Source of the DNA: Rosenbergiella nectarea
GTDB taxonomy: Bacteria > Pseudomonadota > Gammaproteobacteria > Enterobacterales > Enterobacteriaceae
NCBI RefSeq assembly: GCF_900111105.1
Contig: NZ_FOGC01000001.1
Coordinates: forward strand, 162,323-194,322
DNA length: 32,000 nt
Reading direction: 5' to 3'
Numbering within the stretch: the stretch's first letter is position 1; every line of letters begins with the position of its first letter. This document shows, piece by piece, positions 24,108 through 32,000 of the stretch. Below the pieces are notes generated by a model. The model did not search any database. It was not told where the DNA came from and saw only the letters and a list, made by a program, of their open reading frames with translations. Made by a program: the position numbers and the translations under genes.

Positions 24108-24671
24108 AACGTTATCCCTATCATTTGGGGTATCATCAGGGTGTTATATAGCGTAGATGTACTATTGTATATTTGAATATTTTCGAAGTACGATTATTTA
24201 TTGGACTTAATCTTAATAGCTAAAATGTTATTGCTATTAATCTCGGAAAGTAGTGTAAGTGAGATAGTTATCTATATAGATCAAGGATAGAAAGTCTTCA
24301 AAAAATCCTGTTTATCCATTCGATGATATCTTGAGCTTCTTTCGTTATTTAACCTACTGCTGACAAGTATATGTTCTTCCCAGTATCTATGTTTTTTTCT
24401 TCAATATTAATAGTAACTGAGTATCCACCCTGCAAATAACCTGCTCCTTCAATGGGCAACATTGCTGGCTGAAAAAAAGAGAATTGCTTCATCATAATCC
24501 CCTGACTTCGTTCACTATAGAGAGTAATGAAGAATTTATCGATAGGACGTTTATCGATAAGATAAATTTTTTGGATAAAACGATCAGGGAAGGGGTAAAG
24601 ATTGTGGGTGAAGTATCGCCCAGTAAATATAAGCCATGATGACTGACTTCACTGGGCGATAAGTGGGTAAC

Positions 24672-25703
24672 TTATTTATTCAATAACTCATTACGCACAA
24701 TAGCCGCACCGGCACTTAACGCACGTAACTTCGCATTGGCGACGTCACGAGACAGAGGCGTCATTCCGCAGTTGGTGCTAGGGTAAAGCTTATCTGCATC
24801 AACAAATTGTAGGGCTTTACGCAGTGTTTCGGCCACTTCTTCTGGCGTCTCGATAGTATTAGTCGCGACATCAATGGCGCCGACCATTACTTTCTTACCA
24901 CGAATTAATTCGATTAACTCCATCGGTACTCGGGAGTTCTGACATTCCAGAGAGACGATATCGATATTCGATTGTTGTAACTTTGGAAAAATCTCTTCGT
25001 ATTGACGCCATTCTTCACCGAGAGTCTTTTTCCAATCGGTATTTGCCTTAATACCGTAGCCATAGCAAATGTGGACCGCCGTCTCGCATTGTAAGCCTTC
25101 GATCGCTTTCTCCAACGCGGCAATACCCCACTCGTTGACTTCATCGAAGAACACGTTAAACGCAGGTTCATCGAACTGGATGATATCGATACCCGCCGCT
25201 TCCAGTTCTTTCGCTTCTTGATTCAGAATCTTTGCGAATTCCCATGCCAATTTTTCACGGCTCTTGTAATGCCCATCATAGAGGGTATCAATCATGGTCA
25301 TTGGACCAGGGAGTGCCCATTTAATCGGCTTATCAGTCAGCTGACGTAAGCGTTTCGCATCTTCAACAAATACCGATTTAGGACGAGAAACGGGGCCGAC
25401 CACGGAAGGAACGCTCGCTTCGTAGCGGTTACGGATTTTGACGATTTCGCGTTTTTCAAAATCAACGCCGTCTAAGTGTTCGATAAAGGTCGTCACGAAG
25501 TGTTGGCGCGTTTGTTCGCCATCACTGACAATATCAATACCAGCGCGCACTTGGTCATCTAAACACAGGCGTAACGCATCATTTTTACCATCAACCAGCT
25601 CTTGGCCTTCTAGCTTCCAAGGCGACCATAATTTTTCTGGCTCAGCAATCCAAGACGGTTTTGGTAAGCTGCCCGCTGTGGAGGTAGGTAATAAAATTTT
25701 CAT
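24672..25703 (-). CDS. Core (single-domain) cobalamin-independent methionine synthase-like protein, MetE C-terminal fold (MesD-like)
   Basis: 343 aa: MKILLPTSTAGSLPKPSWI...DIVSDGEQTRQHF...HICYGY...ECQNS...STNCGM, the MetE_C / UROD-like zinc-site pattern. It is paired with a DUF1852 gene. Confidence 0.8.
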   Translation of the reverse strand: MKILLPTSTAGSLPKPSWIAEPEKLWSPWKLEGQELVDGKNDALRLCLDDQVRAGIDIVSDGEQTRQHFVTTFIEHLDGVDFEKREIVKIRNRYEASVPSVVGPVSRPKSVFVEDAKRLRQLTDKPIKWALPGPMTMIDTLYDGHYKSREKLAWEFAKILNQEAKELEAAGIDIIQFDEPAFNVFFDEVNEWGIAALEKAIEGLQCETAVHICYGYGIKANTDWKKTLGEEWRQYEEIFPKLQQSNIDIVSLECQNSRVPMELIELIRGKKVMVGAIDVATNTIETPEEVAETLRKALQFVDADKLYPSTNCGMTPLSRDVANAKLRALSAGAAIVRNELLNK

Positions 25704-25730
25704 AACAGGTGACCTTATCGTTTTGATTTA

Positions 25731-26711
25731 TTAGTAAGCTTGCTGAGCTGACCATTGTTCGAGTTGTGCTTGGTTAGGTTTAATAAAATGTTCTTCAGTA
25801 AATTTACCTTGCTCGGTCGCCAAACGCGTACGTTCTTCACGGTCATATTCAATCACCGTTAATGAGTGATCTTGATGATTCAATGCCGGTTGATAGCATA
25901 ACCCTGCCGGTGAATTGGCATTATAAATTTCTGGGCGATAAATTTTCTGGAACGTTTCCATGGTGCTAATGGTACTAATAAGCTCAACGTTGCTGTAATC
26001 GCTGAGTAAGTCACCGTGGAAATAGAAAGCCAGTGGCGCAACGCTGTTGGCAGGCATAAAATAACGCACCTTCAGCCCCATCTTGCCGAAGTAATCATCG
26101 GTTAACGACGGGTTATCTTGTTGGTACTCGATTCCTAGTATGGGGTGAATATTACCGGTACGGTGATAAACATTCTTACTGGAAACACTTAAACAGATAA
26201 CGGGTTGTTTACTAAAATGCTGCGAATAGGTGTCAGAATTAACGAATGCTTTAAAAATATTACCGTGCAACACACCGTAATTCTCGGGAATTGAGAACTG
26301 GGCTTTGTCTTTATTAAATTCTGGCAGTACGACGCTAAAATCGTAGTCGCGCACATAGGAAGAGAAGTTATTCCCTACAATGCCTTCAATACGCTGTCCG
26401 GTTTCGGTGTCCACAACTGTGGTTTTTAAAATCTCGATCACCGGGAAACTCTCTTGACTGCTGGCATTGATTTTCATGCCGACTGAAACAATTTCCAGCT
26501 CAACCGTGTAACGGTCTGACTTTGGGTTATCCCATGTCGCCAATGAATTAAAACGGTTATTAATCATCGTTAATGCATTACGAAGATTCTGCTGGCGTTT
26601 TTCGCCGCGGGCAAGGTTAGCGAAATTGGTGGTGATACGCGTACTTGCTGAGGGATTGTAATGCTCATCTAACTTAAGGCTACTGATACTGAAGGAAAAT
26701 GCGTTATTCAT
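25731..26711 (-). CDS. DUF1852-domain protein (MesX-like partner of MesD-type methionine synthase)
   Basis: MNNAFSFSISSLKLDEHYNPSASTRITTNFANLARGEKRQQNLRNAL matches the DUF1852 N-terminus as recalled. The ATG at 26711 (AGGA upstream) is preferred over the GTG at 26753. It lies 27 nt upstream of the MetE-like gene. Confidence 0.75.
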   Translation of the reverse strand: MNNAFSFSISSLKLDEHYNPSASTRITTNFANLARGEKRQQNLRNALTMINNRFNSLATWDNPKSDRYTVELEIVSVGMKINASSQESFPVIEILKTTVVDTETGQRIEGIVGNNFSSYVRDYDFSVVLPEFNKDKAQFSIPENYGVLHGNIFKAFVNSDTYSQHFSKQPVICLSVSSKNVYHRTGNIHPILGIEYQQDNPSLTDDYFGKMGLKVRYFMPANSVAPLAFYFHGDLLSDYSNVELISTISTMETFQKIYRPEIYNANSPAGLCYQPALNHQDHSLTVIEYDREERTRLATEQGKFTEEHFIKPNQAQLEQWSAQQAY

Positions 26712-27164
26712 TATTATTGGTATCCTAATTCTGTTGTGATGCCTGATTCGCACGCTGACTATAATTATTTTCTAAGCGCGTTGAGTTCAGTGAAACATAC
26801 TGTCTGTCGCCAATGACTTATTTATGCCAGAGTCGAGACGACAGGGGAAGTGACTTAATTTCACTTCTGTATGAGTCATCTTCATGTTGTTGCATGTTTA
26901 GAAGGGGATAAGAGGATTGTGGTGTGTTGAACTGATATAACTCTCTGTTCTTAAAGTTTATTATGGTTTTTTTACCGTATGAGAATAGTTCATGCGTCAG
27001 CCACCACCCTAGGCGGTCCGACTACTCAGCTCATCGCAACAGCCTCTACCCGGGCCGGTTTCTGTAAAAAAGTATCATGACGACGCTTCATGTTGAGAAT
27101 AAGCCAGAATACCTCGCGATAGAGATGGTTAAGTGGGCAGTGTATTTCTGGCGGTGCGAGGGTT

Positions 27165-27614
27165 CTATGCTTTCACTATGCGGTTAGCCAACTCACGTCT
27201 TGCTGCTTGAGCAAGAAAATGGCTTCTATCTTTATAATCTAAACGATGTCCGGCAACAAAACCGTCGATACGTTTTACGAGAATATCGGGTAGCGTAATA
27301 TTAAGTCGCTGCTGCTTGCCTTCGAAAAGAGATAAGTCGATGTCGAGCATAAACCATGTCTCGCAGTGACGGTAATCGACAGATTTTGAATAAGATGCTA
27401 CGCCATCATCGGTAATCTCCTCGATGGAATAGGTGCCTGCTAGCATTATTTCTTCGATAATAGTCAGGATAGCTTCTCTTGCCATAACCGGAATATCCGC
27501 TTGTTCATCGGCAGCAGAGACGCAACCGTAGCCGTACTTATCGAAAGTGGGAATAGACAGGCCATATGCAGTATTTGCTTCGTGAGGTGTTTCGATACCG
27601 ACTGTAAAAAACAT
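27165..27614 (-). CDS. hicB: HicB-family antitoxin (N-terminal HicB fold plus C-terminal RHH-like DNA-binding tail)
   Basis: MFFTVGIETPHEANTAYGLSIPTF...GCVSAADEQADIPVMAREAI...RLNITLPDILVKRID...HFLAQAARREL. It lies directly downstream of hicA. Confidence 0.85.
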   Translation of the reverse strand: MFFTVGIETPHEANTAYGLSIPTFDKYGYGCVSAADEQADIPVMAREAILTIIEEIMLAGTYSIEEITDDGVASYSKSVDYRHCETWFMLDIDLSLFEGKQQRLNITLPDILVKRIDGFVAGHRLDYKDRSHFLAQAARRELANRIVKA

Positions 27615-27639
27615 CTTTTACCTCCATTGATTACAGGGA

Positions 27640-27822
27640 TTAAATGCCTGCCATTCTTCTGATTGAGTTGATTGTTCCTGGCGGGAGATTTTTCTTTGGA
27701 TGCGGCACTGGGAACGTTTTCCCGGTTATCGGAGACCACCAAATCTGATGACTTCCACCGTTATGTCGTTTCAGCTTACACCCCACTGTCATTAATTCCT
27801 TTATTAGCTCAGCGGATTTCAT
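27640..27822 (-). CDS. hicA: HicA-family mRNA interferase toxin
   Basis: 60 aa: MKSAELIKELMTVGCKLKRHNGGSHQIWWSPITGKTFPVPHPKKNLPPGTINSIRRMAGI, the canonical HicA dsRBD-like sequence with the catalytic His. Confidence 0.9.
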   Translation of the reverse strand: MKSAELIKELMTVGCKLKRHNGGSHQIWWSPITGKTFPVPHPKKNLPPGTINSIRRMAGI

Positions 27823-27845
27823 TTCTTCTCCCTACTCTTAATGAG

Positions 27846-27867
27846 TATACACACATATGTGTGTATA
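27846..27867. promoter_or_regulatory. Perfect 22-bp palindrome; likely hicAB operator overlapping the -10 element
   Basis: TATACACACATATGTGTGTATA lies 24 nt upstream of the hicA ATG. On the minus strand, the hexamer TATACT (27849-27844) overlaps one arm and is followed by GGGAGA as a Shine-Dalgarno sequence. Confidence 0.65.
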
Positions 27868-28225
27868 AAAAGTGTTTTGACTGATTTTATGTGTAGGATC
27901 AAGATTGTCTGAGCGTCTAGCAAAGTGGTTACTGTCTAATTCAGAGGGTGTTCACAGTTTTATTTTTAGCATCAACGGATGGCTGAATTCCGGCGAGAAC
28001 TGCATCTGGCTATTGCCGCTGAGCGGTTACTCACAGATGCACTGATAACTTTTAATGTGTTATCAATAGTGTGAGTAGGGTAAGCCCTCAATAGCAGCGA
28101 AAGCATAGCGTAGTAGACATTCATAATGTGGCCGTAACGAAATCGCAGGTGTGACGAGTGACCTCATCAGTGACCCCGCGCAATGAGTGTTATCTCCATC
28201 AAAATAGTTAATGTTAAGGACCAAC

Positions 28226-28957
28226 ATGACGCGAGTTAACGTATTTCAGCAACCGATTGGTGAACCGGTAGAGAATTGGCAAGGGGCGCAACTCCCGAGT
28301 AAGACAGTGATCGATGGCCACTACTGTCGGCTCGAACCGATTAGTGTCGCCGCACATAGCCAAGAACTGTTCGACGCATTGAGGCAAGCAGAGGATGAAC
28401 GGGATTGGACCTATTTACTCTCTGGACCTTTTCGTGATCTGGCGGAGTATCAAACCTATCTGGCTCGTTTGGAAACACTCAATGACCCTTTGCATTACGC
28501 GATTGTCGATTTAAGTACGCAACAAGCGGTGGGAAGTATTGCGCTGATGCGTATTGATGCTCAGCAAGGTGTGATTGAAATTGGTCATGTTACATATTCA
28601 CCGCAGCTTAAACGTACGCGATTAGCGACAGAGGCTATCAGCCTATTGTTGCATTACACCTTGGGCGAACTCGGTTACCGGCGTGTGGAATGGAAATGTA
28701 ACGCTCATAACCATCCGTCACGTGCTGCAGCATTGCGATTAGGCTTTAGTTACGAAGGGCTTTTTCGACAAGCCATGGTGGCACGGGGCCACAACCGTGA
28801 TACCACTTGGTATTCTATTATCGATAGCGATTTTCCCGCCTTACAGGTGGCTTACCAGCAGTGGCTGGCACCAGAAAATTTAGATAAGCAAGGGCAACAG
28901 CGACAGAAGCTTGGCGAGTTAATCGAAACTCAGCGTCGTGCCGCAATTAACCCGTGA
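28226..28957 (+). CDS. GNAT-family N-acetyltransferase (RimJ/RimL-like)
   Basis: MTRVNVFQQPIGEPVENW...LEP...GSIALMRID...IEIGHVTYSPQLKRT..ATEA...GYRRVEWKCNAHNHPSRAAALRLGFSYEG. The ATG at 28226 follows AAGGA. Confidence 0.82.
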   Translation: MTRVNVFQQPIGEPVENWQGAQLPSKTVIDGHYCRLEPISVAAHSQELFDALRQAEDERDWTYLLSGPFRDLAEYQTYLARLETLNDPLHYAIVDLSTQQAVGSIALMRIDAQQGVIEIGHVTYSPQLKRTRLATEAISLLLHYTLGELGYRRVEWKCNAHNHPSRAAALRLGFSYEGLFRQAMVARGHNRDTTWYSIIDSDFPALQVAYQQWLAPENLDKQGQQRQKLGELIETQRRAAINP

Positions 28958-29318
28958 GTGAGCTATCGCCATTGGTTTTTCGCGCGAAGCAAATCGCTTC
29001 GTGATGGGTATCTGCCCATTCAACCAGTTGTCGCAGAGGCTGTAGGAAAGATTCACCCAGTGCAGTGAGCCGATACTCGACCCGTGTCGGCACCTCTGCG
29101 AAAACGGTGCGGGAAATGTAGCCGTCAAACTCTAACCTTTTTAAGGTTACCGTCAGCATCTGCCGTGAGATATCGCCAATTTCGCGATGCAGCGCATTAA
29201 AGCGATACGTTTCATTCGCCAAGGATTCCAAGATCAGTAAACTCCACTGGTCACCAATACGATCTAATACATCACGAATCGGGCAAGGATGTCCAAATTC
29301 CGCATACTTATTTGCCAT
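28947..29318 (-). CDS. HxlR-family winged-helix transcriptional regulator
   Basis: CPIRDVLDRIGDQWSLLILESL...FNALHREIGDISRQMLTVTLKRLEFDGYISRTVFAEVPTRVEYRLT is the canonical HxlR domain. It is divergent from the reductase gene. Confidence 0.9.
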   Translation of the reverse strand: MANKYAEFGHPCPIRDVLDRIGDQWSLLILESLANETYRFNALHREIGDISRQMLTVTLKRLEFDGYISRTVFAEVPTRVEYRLTALGESFLQPLRQLVEWADTHHEAICFARKTNGDSSLTG

Positions 29319-29466
29319 AACACTACCTTCCTTCTGCTGAGGCAGTCAGTTTACCCTGACTTAGGGTCAAGAGGGCAACCTCTTGCAAAGATTTCAGCGG
29401 CACAGTAGCATTAATTTATCTGGTCTACAATTAAGACCTGGTCTTCATTCTATCAAGGGGGTTATC

Positions 29467-30078
29467 ATGGTTTCTGTAGCAGTCGTTGGGGCGTCAGGTC
29501 AGGTAGGTTCACGTATTGTTAAAGAATTATCACAACGCGGCCACAAGGTGACGGCAATCGCTCGTCAGCCTGAGTCTATTCCAAACTTGCCGAACGTCTC
29601 GGTGGTAAAAGGAGATATTACTGATACCCAAGTCTTTATTGACACGTTAGCGGGGCATGAGGTTGTGGTCAGTGCAGTGAAGTTTGCCCAGGTGTCACCG
29701 GAAACGCTGATCGATGCGGTAAAAGCCTCTGGTGTATCGCGTTATCTGGTGGTCGGCGGTGCCGGAAGTCTCGAAGTGGCACCAGGCCAGTTGCTTATCG
29801 ACCAACCTAATTTCCCCGAAGCCTATCGGCAGGAAGCCCGCGCCGGACTCGATTTTTTGAATCGTTTACGTGAAGAAAAAACATTGGATTGGACTTTTAT
29901 CTCGCCGTCGGCGTTGTTCGAGGCGGGGGAGAGAACGGGCAACTTCCGTTTAGGCCGGGATACATTATTAAGTAATGAACAGGGTAGTCGTATCTCGTAC
30001 GAAGATTATGCAACCGCTCTCGTCGATGAAATTGAACACCCAGCACATTCGCGTCAACGTTTTACTGTCGGTTATTAA
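29467..30078 (+). CDS. NAD(P)H-binding atypical SDR (NmrA/YwnB-like putative flavin reductase)
   Basis: MVSVAVVGASGQVGSRIVKEL contains the Rossmann GxxGxxG motif. The ATG at 29467 follows AAGGGGG. The product is about 203 aa, and the gene is the typical divergent partner of HxlR regulators. Confidence 0.82.
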   Translation: MVSVAVVGASGQVGSRIVKELSQRGHKVTAIARQPESIPNLPNVSVVKGDITDTQVFIDTLAGHEVVVSAVKFAQVSPETLIDAVKASGVSRYLVVGGAGSLEVAPGQLLIDQPNFPEAYRQEARAGLDFLNRLREEKTLDWTFISPSALFEAGERTGNFRLGRDTLLSNEQGSRISYEDYATALVDEIEHPAHSRQRFTVGY

Positions 30079-30551
30079 GTTAGGGGCATCATTATTCATA
30101 AAGCTAAAACGTTACTCCTGACGGCAGTGACCGACGTTTGTGCCCGAGCTAACCATAATTGGCTCGCGGTAGGGTAGAGGATGGTAACGAGCCCCATTAG
30201 TAGGATCAGTAGCGATGAACACAAGAATACAGGGAGATTCACGCGTACGGGGGAGGTCGATTTAACAGGGGGATTGAGTCGCGCCATACATTTTCCTGAG
30301 TCAATTTTTAAACAAAAATGAAACATTAATTTAACTTTCGGCGATTATGGGTTTATTTGATTAATCGTTCAATTAAAAAAATCAGTTTTAAGAGGTCGGT
30401 AGCAAGATTTGGCGGCTCGTTAAAATTCTGGCTTAGTCACAGTGTGAAGAATCTTCATCATCGATATTTCGGTTTAGTGCGCTAATCGACAGATTAAAAT
30501 GGAAATTCCCTATTTGATAACTCCCTTATTCATTTCAATAAGGTGGCAAGC

Positions 30552-31580
30552 ATGACGCTGTCTACTCACTCCTGCGTAGTGAAAGGAAAACATGAGGTCG
30601 AAGTTATTAGTCAGAGAGTGACTTATCAAGGAGAAGGAACCTTGGTAAAAATTTCGCGTGGTGTAATTTGTGGTTCAGATCTGCACTATTATCAGCATGG
30701 GAAGGTCGGCAACTATGCCATTCAGATGCCGATGATCCTTGGCCATGAAGTGATCGGAACGGTAGAGAAAACCAACATCTCTGTACTTAAGCTTGGACAA
30801 AAAGTCGCGATCAATCCGTCAAAAGCCTGTGGTGAATGCCAATACTGTTTAGCCGATGACACGAATCAGTGCCTAGCGATGCGCTTTTTCGGAAGTGCAA
30901 TGATGTGTCCAGATGTCGATGGGGGGGGCACCCAATATAAAATTGTCGACAGCGCGCAGTGTGTTCCCTTCGAGTCTTCGCTCGACGACCGGATCATGGT
31001 GTTCGCTGAGCCTTTAGCAGTTTGCCTGCATGCACTGAATCAGGCCGGTGGCGTTGCGGATAAGCGTGTTTTTGTATCCGGTGTGGGGCCAATTGGATGT
31101 TTACTGGTCGCGGCGGCGAAGGCGAGTGGTGCTAAAGAGATTATCTGCAGCGATATTAGTGCTCGTGCGCTGGCGTTAGCTGAAAATTTGGGGGCATCTG
31201 TAACCTTATTGGCTGACGATGAGATGATGTTTTATCGTGCTCAAAAAGGGTTCTTCGACGTGAGCTTTGAAGCGTCAGGCCATCCCAGTGCTTTAACTCG
31301 CTGTATCGATGTGACCCGGGCAAAAGGTTGTATTGTCCAAGTCGGTATGGGTGGCGATATCCCACAATTTCCGATGATGACAGTTATCGCTAAAGCGTTG
31401 CGTATCGTCGGGACCTTTCGTTTTACACATGAATTTACCACGGCAGTTGAATGGCTGGCGAGTGGCACAATTAATCCCCTAGCCCTGTTTAGCGGTGAGT
31501 ATAGCTATCGAGAGGTCGACGAAGCCCTGCAATTCGCCGGGGATAAACAACGCGCATCGAAGGTCCAGTTAGTTTTCTGA
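30552..31580 (+). CDS. idnD: L-idonate 5-dehydrogenase-like zinc-dependent dehydrogenase
   Basis: Collinear with E. coli IdnD as recalled: THSCVV, GVICGSDLHYYQHGKVGN, PMILGHEV, AINPSKACGEC.YC, MRFFGSAM, the ending GDKQRASKVQLVF, and the same length when started at the ATG at 30552. Confidence 0.85.
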   Translation: MTLSTHSCVVKGKHEVEVISQRVTYQGEGTLVKISRGVICGSDLHYYQHGKVGNYAIQMPMILGHEVIGTVEKTNISVLKLGQKVAINPSKACGECQYCLADDTNQCLAMRFFGSAMMCPDVDGGGTQYKIVDSAQCVPFESSLDDRIMVFAEPLAVCLHALNQAGGVADKRVFVSGVGPIGCLLVAAAKASGAKEIICSDISARALALAENLGASVTLLADDEMMFYRAQKGFFDVSFEASGHPSALTRCIDVTRAKGCIVQVGMGGDIPQFPMMTVIAKALRIVGTFRFTHEFTTAVEWLASGTINPLALFSGEYSYREVDEALQFAGDKQRASKVQLVF

Positions 31581-31673
31581 TGTTAACACCGTGTCGGGAC
31601 GACTAAAGGCTTAAGCTAAAGGCCATCGCGCCCCCGCATTCCACCAAAATAATAATTTAATAAGGTAGGTTAT

Positions 31674-32000
31674 ATGCCTATTACCATCATTGCCCTGGGT
31701 GTTTTACTGTTACTCGTATTAATGATTGTCTTTAAGGTGAATGGTTTTCTTGCGTTAATCTTTGTCTCTGCCGTCGTCGGGATCGCTGAAGGGATGACGC
31801 CACTGCAAGTCATTGCTTCTATTCAAAAAGGCGTAGGCAGTACCTTGGGTGGATTAGCGATGATTTTAGGCTTCGGCGCCATGCTGGGTAAATTGGTTTC
31901 TGATACCGGTGCTGCGCAACGTGTTGCGATGACCTTGATCGATGCCTTTGGTAAACAGCGCGTTCAGTGGGCGATGATGGTGACGGGACTTATTGTCGGT
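31674..32000 (+). CDS. GntP-family gluconate/idonate:H+ symporter, partial (runs off the right window edge)
   Basis: MPITIIALGVLLLLVLMIVFKVNGFLALIFVSAVVGIAEGMTPLQVIASIQKGVGSTLGGLAMILGFGAMLGKL is the GntP N-terminus. It lies downstream of idnD, as in idn/gnt loci. Confidence 0.85.
   Translation, partial: MPITIIALGVLLLLVLMIVFKVNGFLALIFVSAVVGIAEGMTPLQVIASIQKGVGSTLGGLAMILGFGAMLGKLVSDTGAAQRVAMTLIDAFGKQRVQWAMMVTGLIVG

Larger units (their letters stand above)
18776..24671 (+). mobile_element. Decayed second P4-like satellite with accreted AT-rich cargo (right boundary undefined)
   Basis: It has the same att-int-cargo-cos-delta-psu order as satellite 1, but int, delta and psu are all inactivated. 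There is no alpha gene, no iterons and no recognisable attR. AT-rich sequence continues to about 24.67 kb. Confidence 0.6.

Noticed and set aside
26754-27000. Looked for MetJ boxes (AGACGTCT repeats) or a riboswitch upstream of the DUF1852/MetE-like operon
   Set aside because: Only isolated partial matches were found (for example AGACGACA near 26835), with no tandem 8-bp boxes. I recognised no conserved riboswitch core.
30096-30326. 76-aa minus-strand ORF in the reductase-idnD intergenic region
   Set aside because: It has no convincing Shine-Dalgarno sequence and no recognisable family. The hydrophobic stretch could be chance. It is left unannotated and could be revisited with ribosome-profiling data.
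30921-30928. G8 homopolymer inside idnD (GAT GGG GGG GGC, giving DGGG where I recall E. coli IdnD having DGGF)
   Set aside because: The reading frame is intact through to the conserved C-terminus (KVQLVF), so there is no frameshift. Possible slippage-prone phase variation is speculative and has no supporting context.
1-32000. Scan for CRISPR arrays, rRNA, IS elements or transposase genes, and additional tRNAs
   Set aside because: No regularly spaced direct repeats, no transposase-like ORFs or terminal inverted repeats, and no further cloverleaf-compatible sequences were seen. The only large repeats are the two satellite-derived duplications described above.

Overview
This is an Enterobacterales-type chromosomal segment. 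The left part (1-8.3 kb) is conserved core: pepA (partial), divergently transcribed lptF-lptG, a DUF445 membrane protein, a YjgR-like DUF853 P-loop NTPase, a MarC-family membrane protein and a DUF2501-like secreted protein. A leuX-type tRNA-Leu(CAA) at 8394-8479 is the insertion site for two tandem P4-like phage satellites. Satellite 1 (about 8461-18793, ~10.3 kb) looks intact. It carries a P4-type integrase, an AT-rich two-gene cargo operon, a cos-like block, an Ogr/Delta zinc-finger activator, a Psu-like protein, and TGTTCACC iteron clusters at two sites (crr-like and ori-like). It also carries AlpA/Vis, an Ash/Icd-like protein, small ORFs and an alpha-type primase-helicase, and it is bounded by a copy of the tRNA 3' end. 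The cargo operon (9953-12706) sits in the int-cos position where P4-like satellites carry anti-phage systems. It encodes an SF1 (UvrD-like) helicase/ATPase with an unknown N-terminal domain, translationally coupled to a 217-aa partner. This is my top candidate for the interesting system; it resembles the poorly understood helicase+DUF2290 architecture, and its mechanism is unknown. Satellite 2 (18776 to about 24.1-24.7 kb) is decayed: the integrase has three inactivating lesions, the delta gene has a nonsense codon, and the psu gene is truncated. It has accumulated AT-rich cargo: a portal-gene fragment, a pesticin-like muramidase with an LprI/DUF1311-like periplasmic immunity protein, a frameshifted second immunity-gene fragment, and a Tlde1 (DUF2778) L,D-transpeptidase-like effector with a secreted immunity protein. 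To the right lie a DUF1852 (MesX-like) plus core-MetE (MesD-like) pair, hicAB with a perfect 22-bp palindromic operator, a GNAT acetyltransferase, a divergent HxlR regulator / NAD(P)H-binding reductase pair, idnD and a partial GntP-family transporter. I saw no CRISPR array, rRNA or IS element. All calls rest on reading the translations and the DNA by eye. No database search was run.
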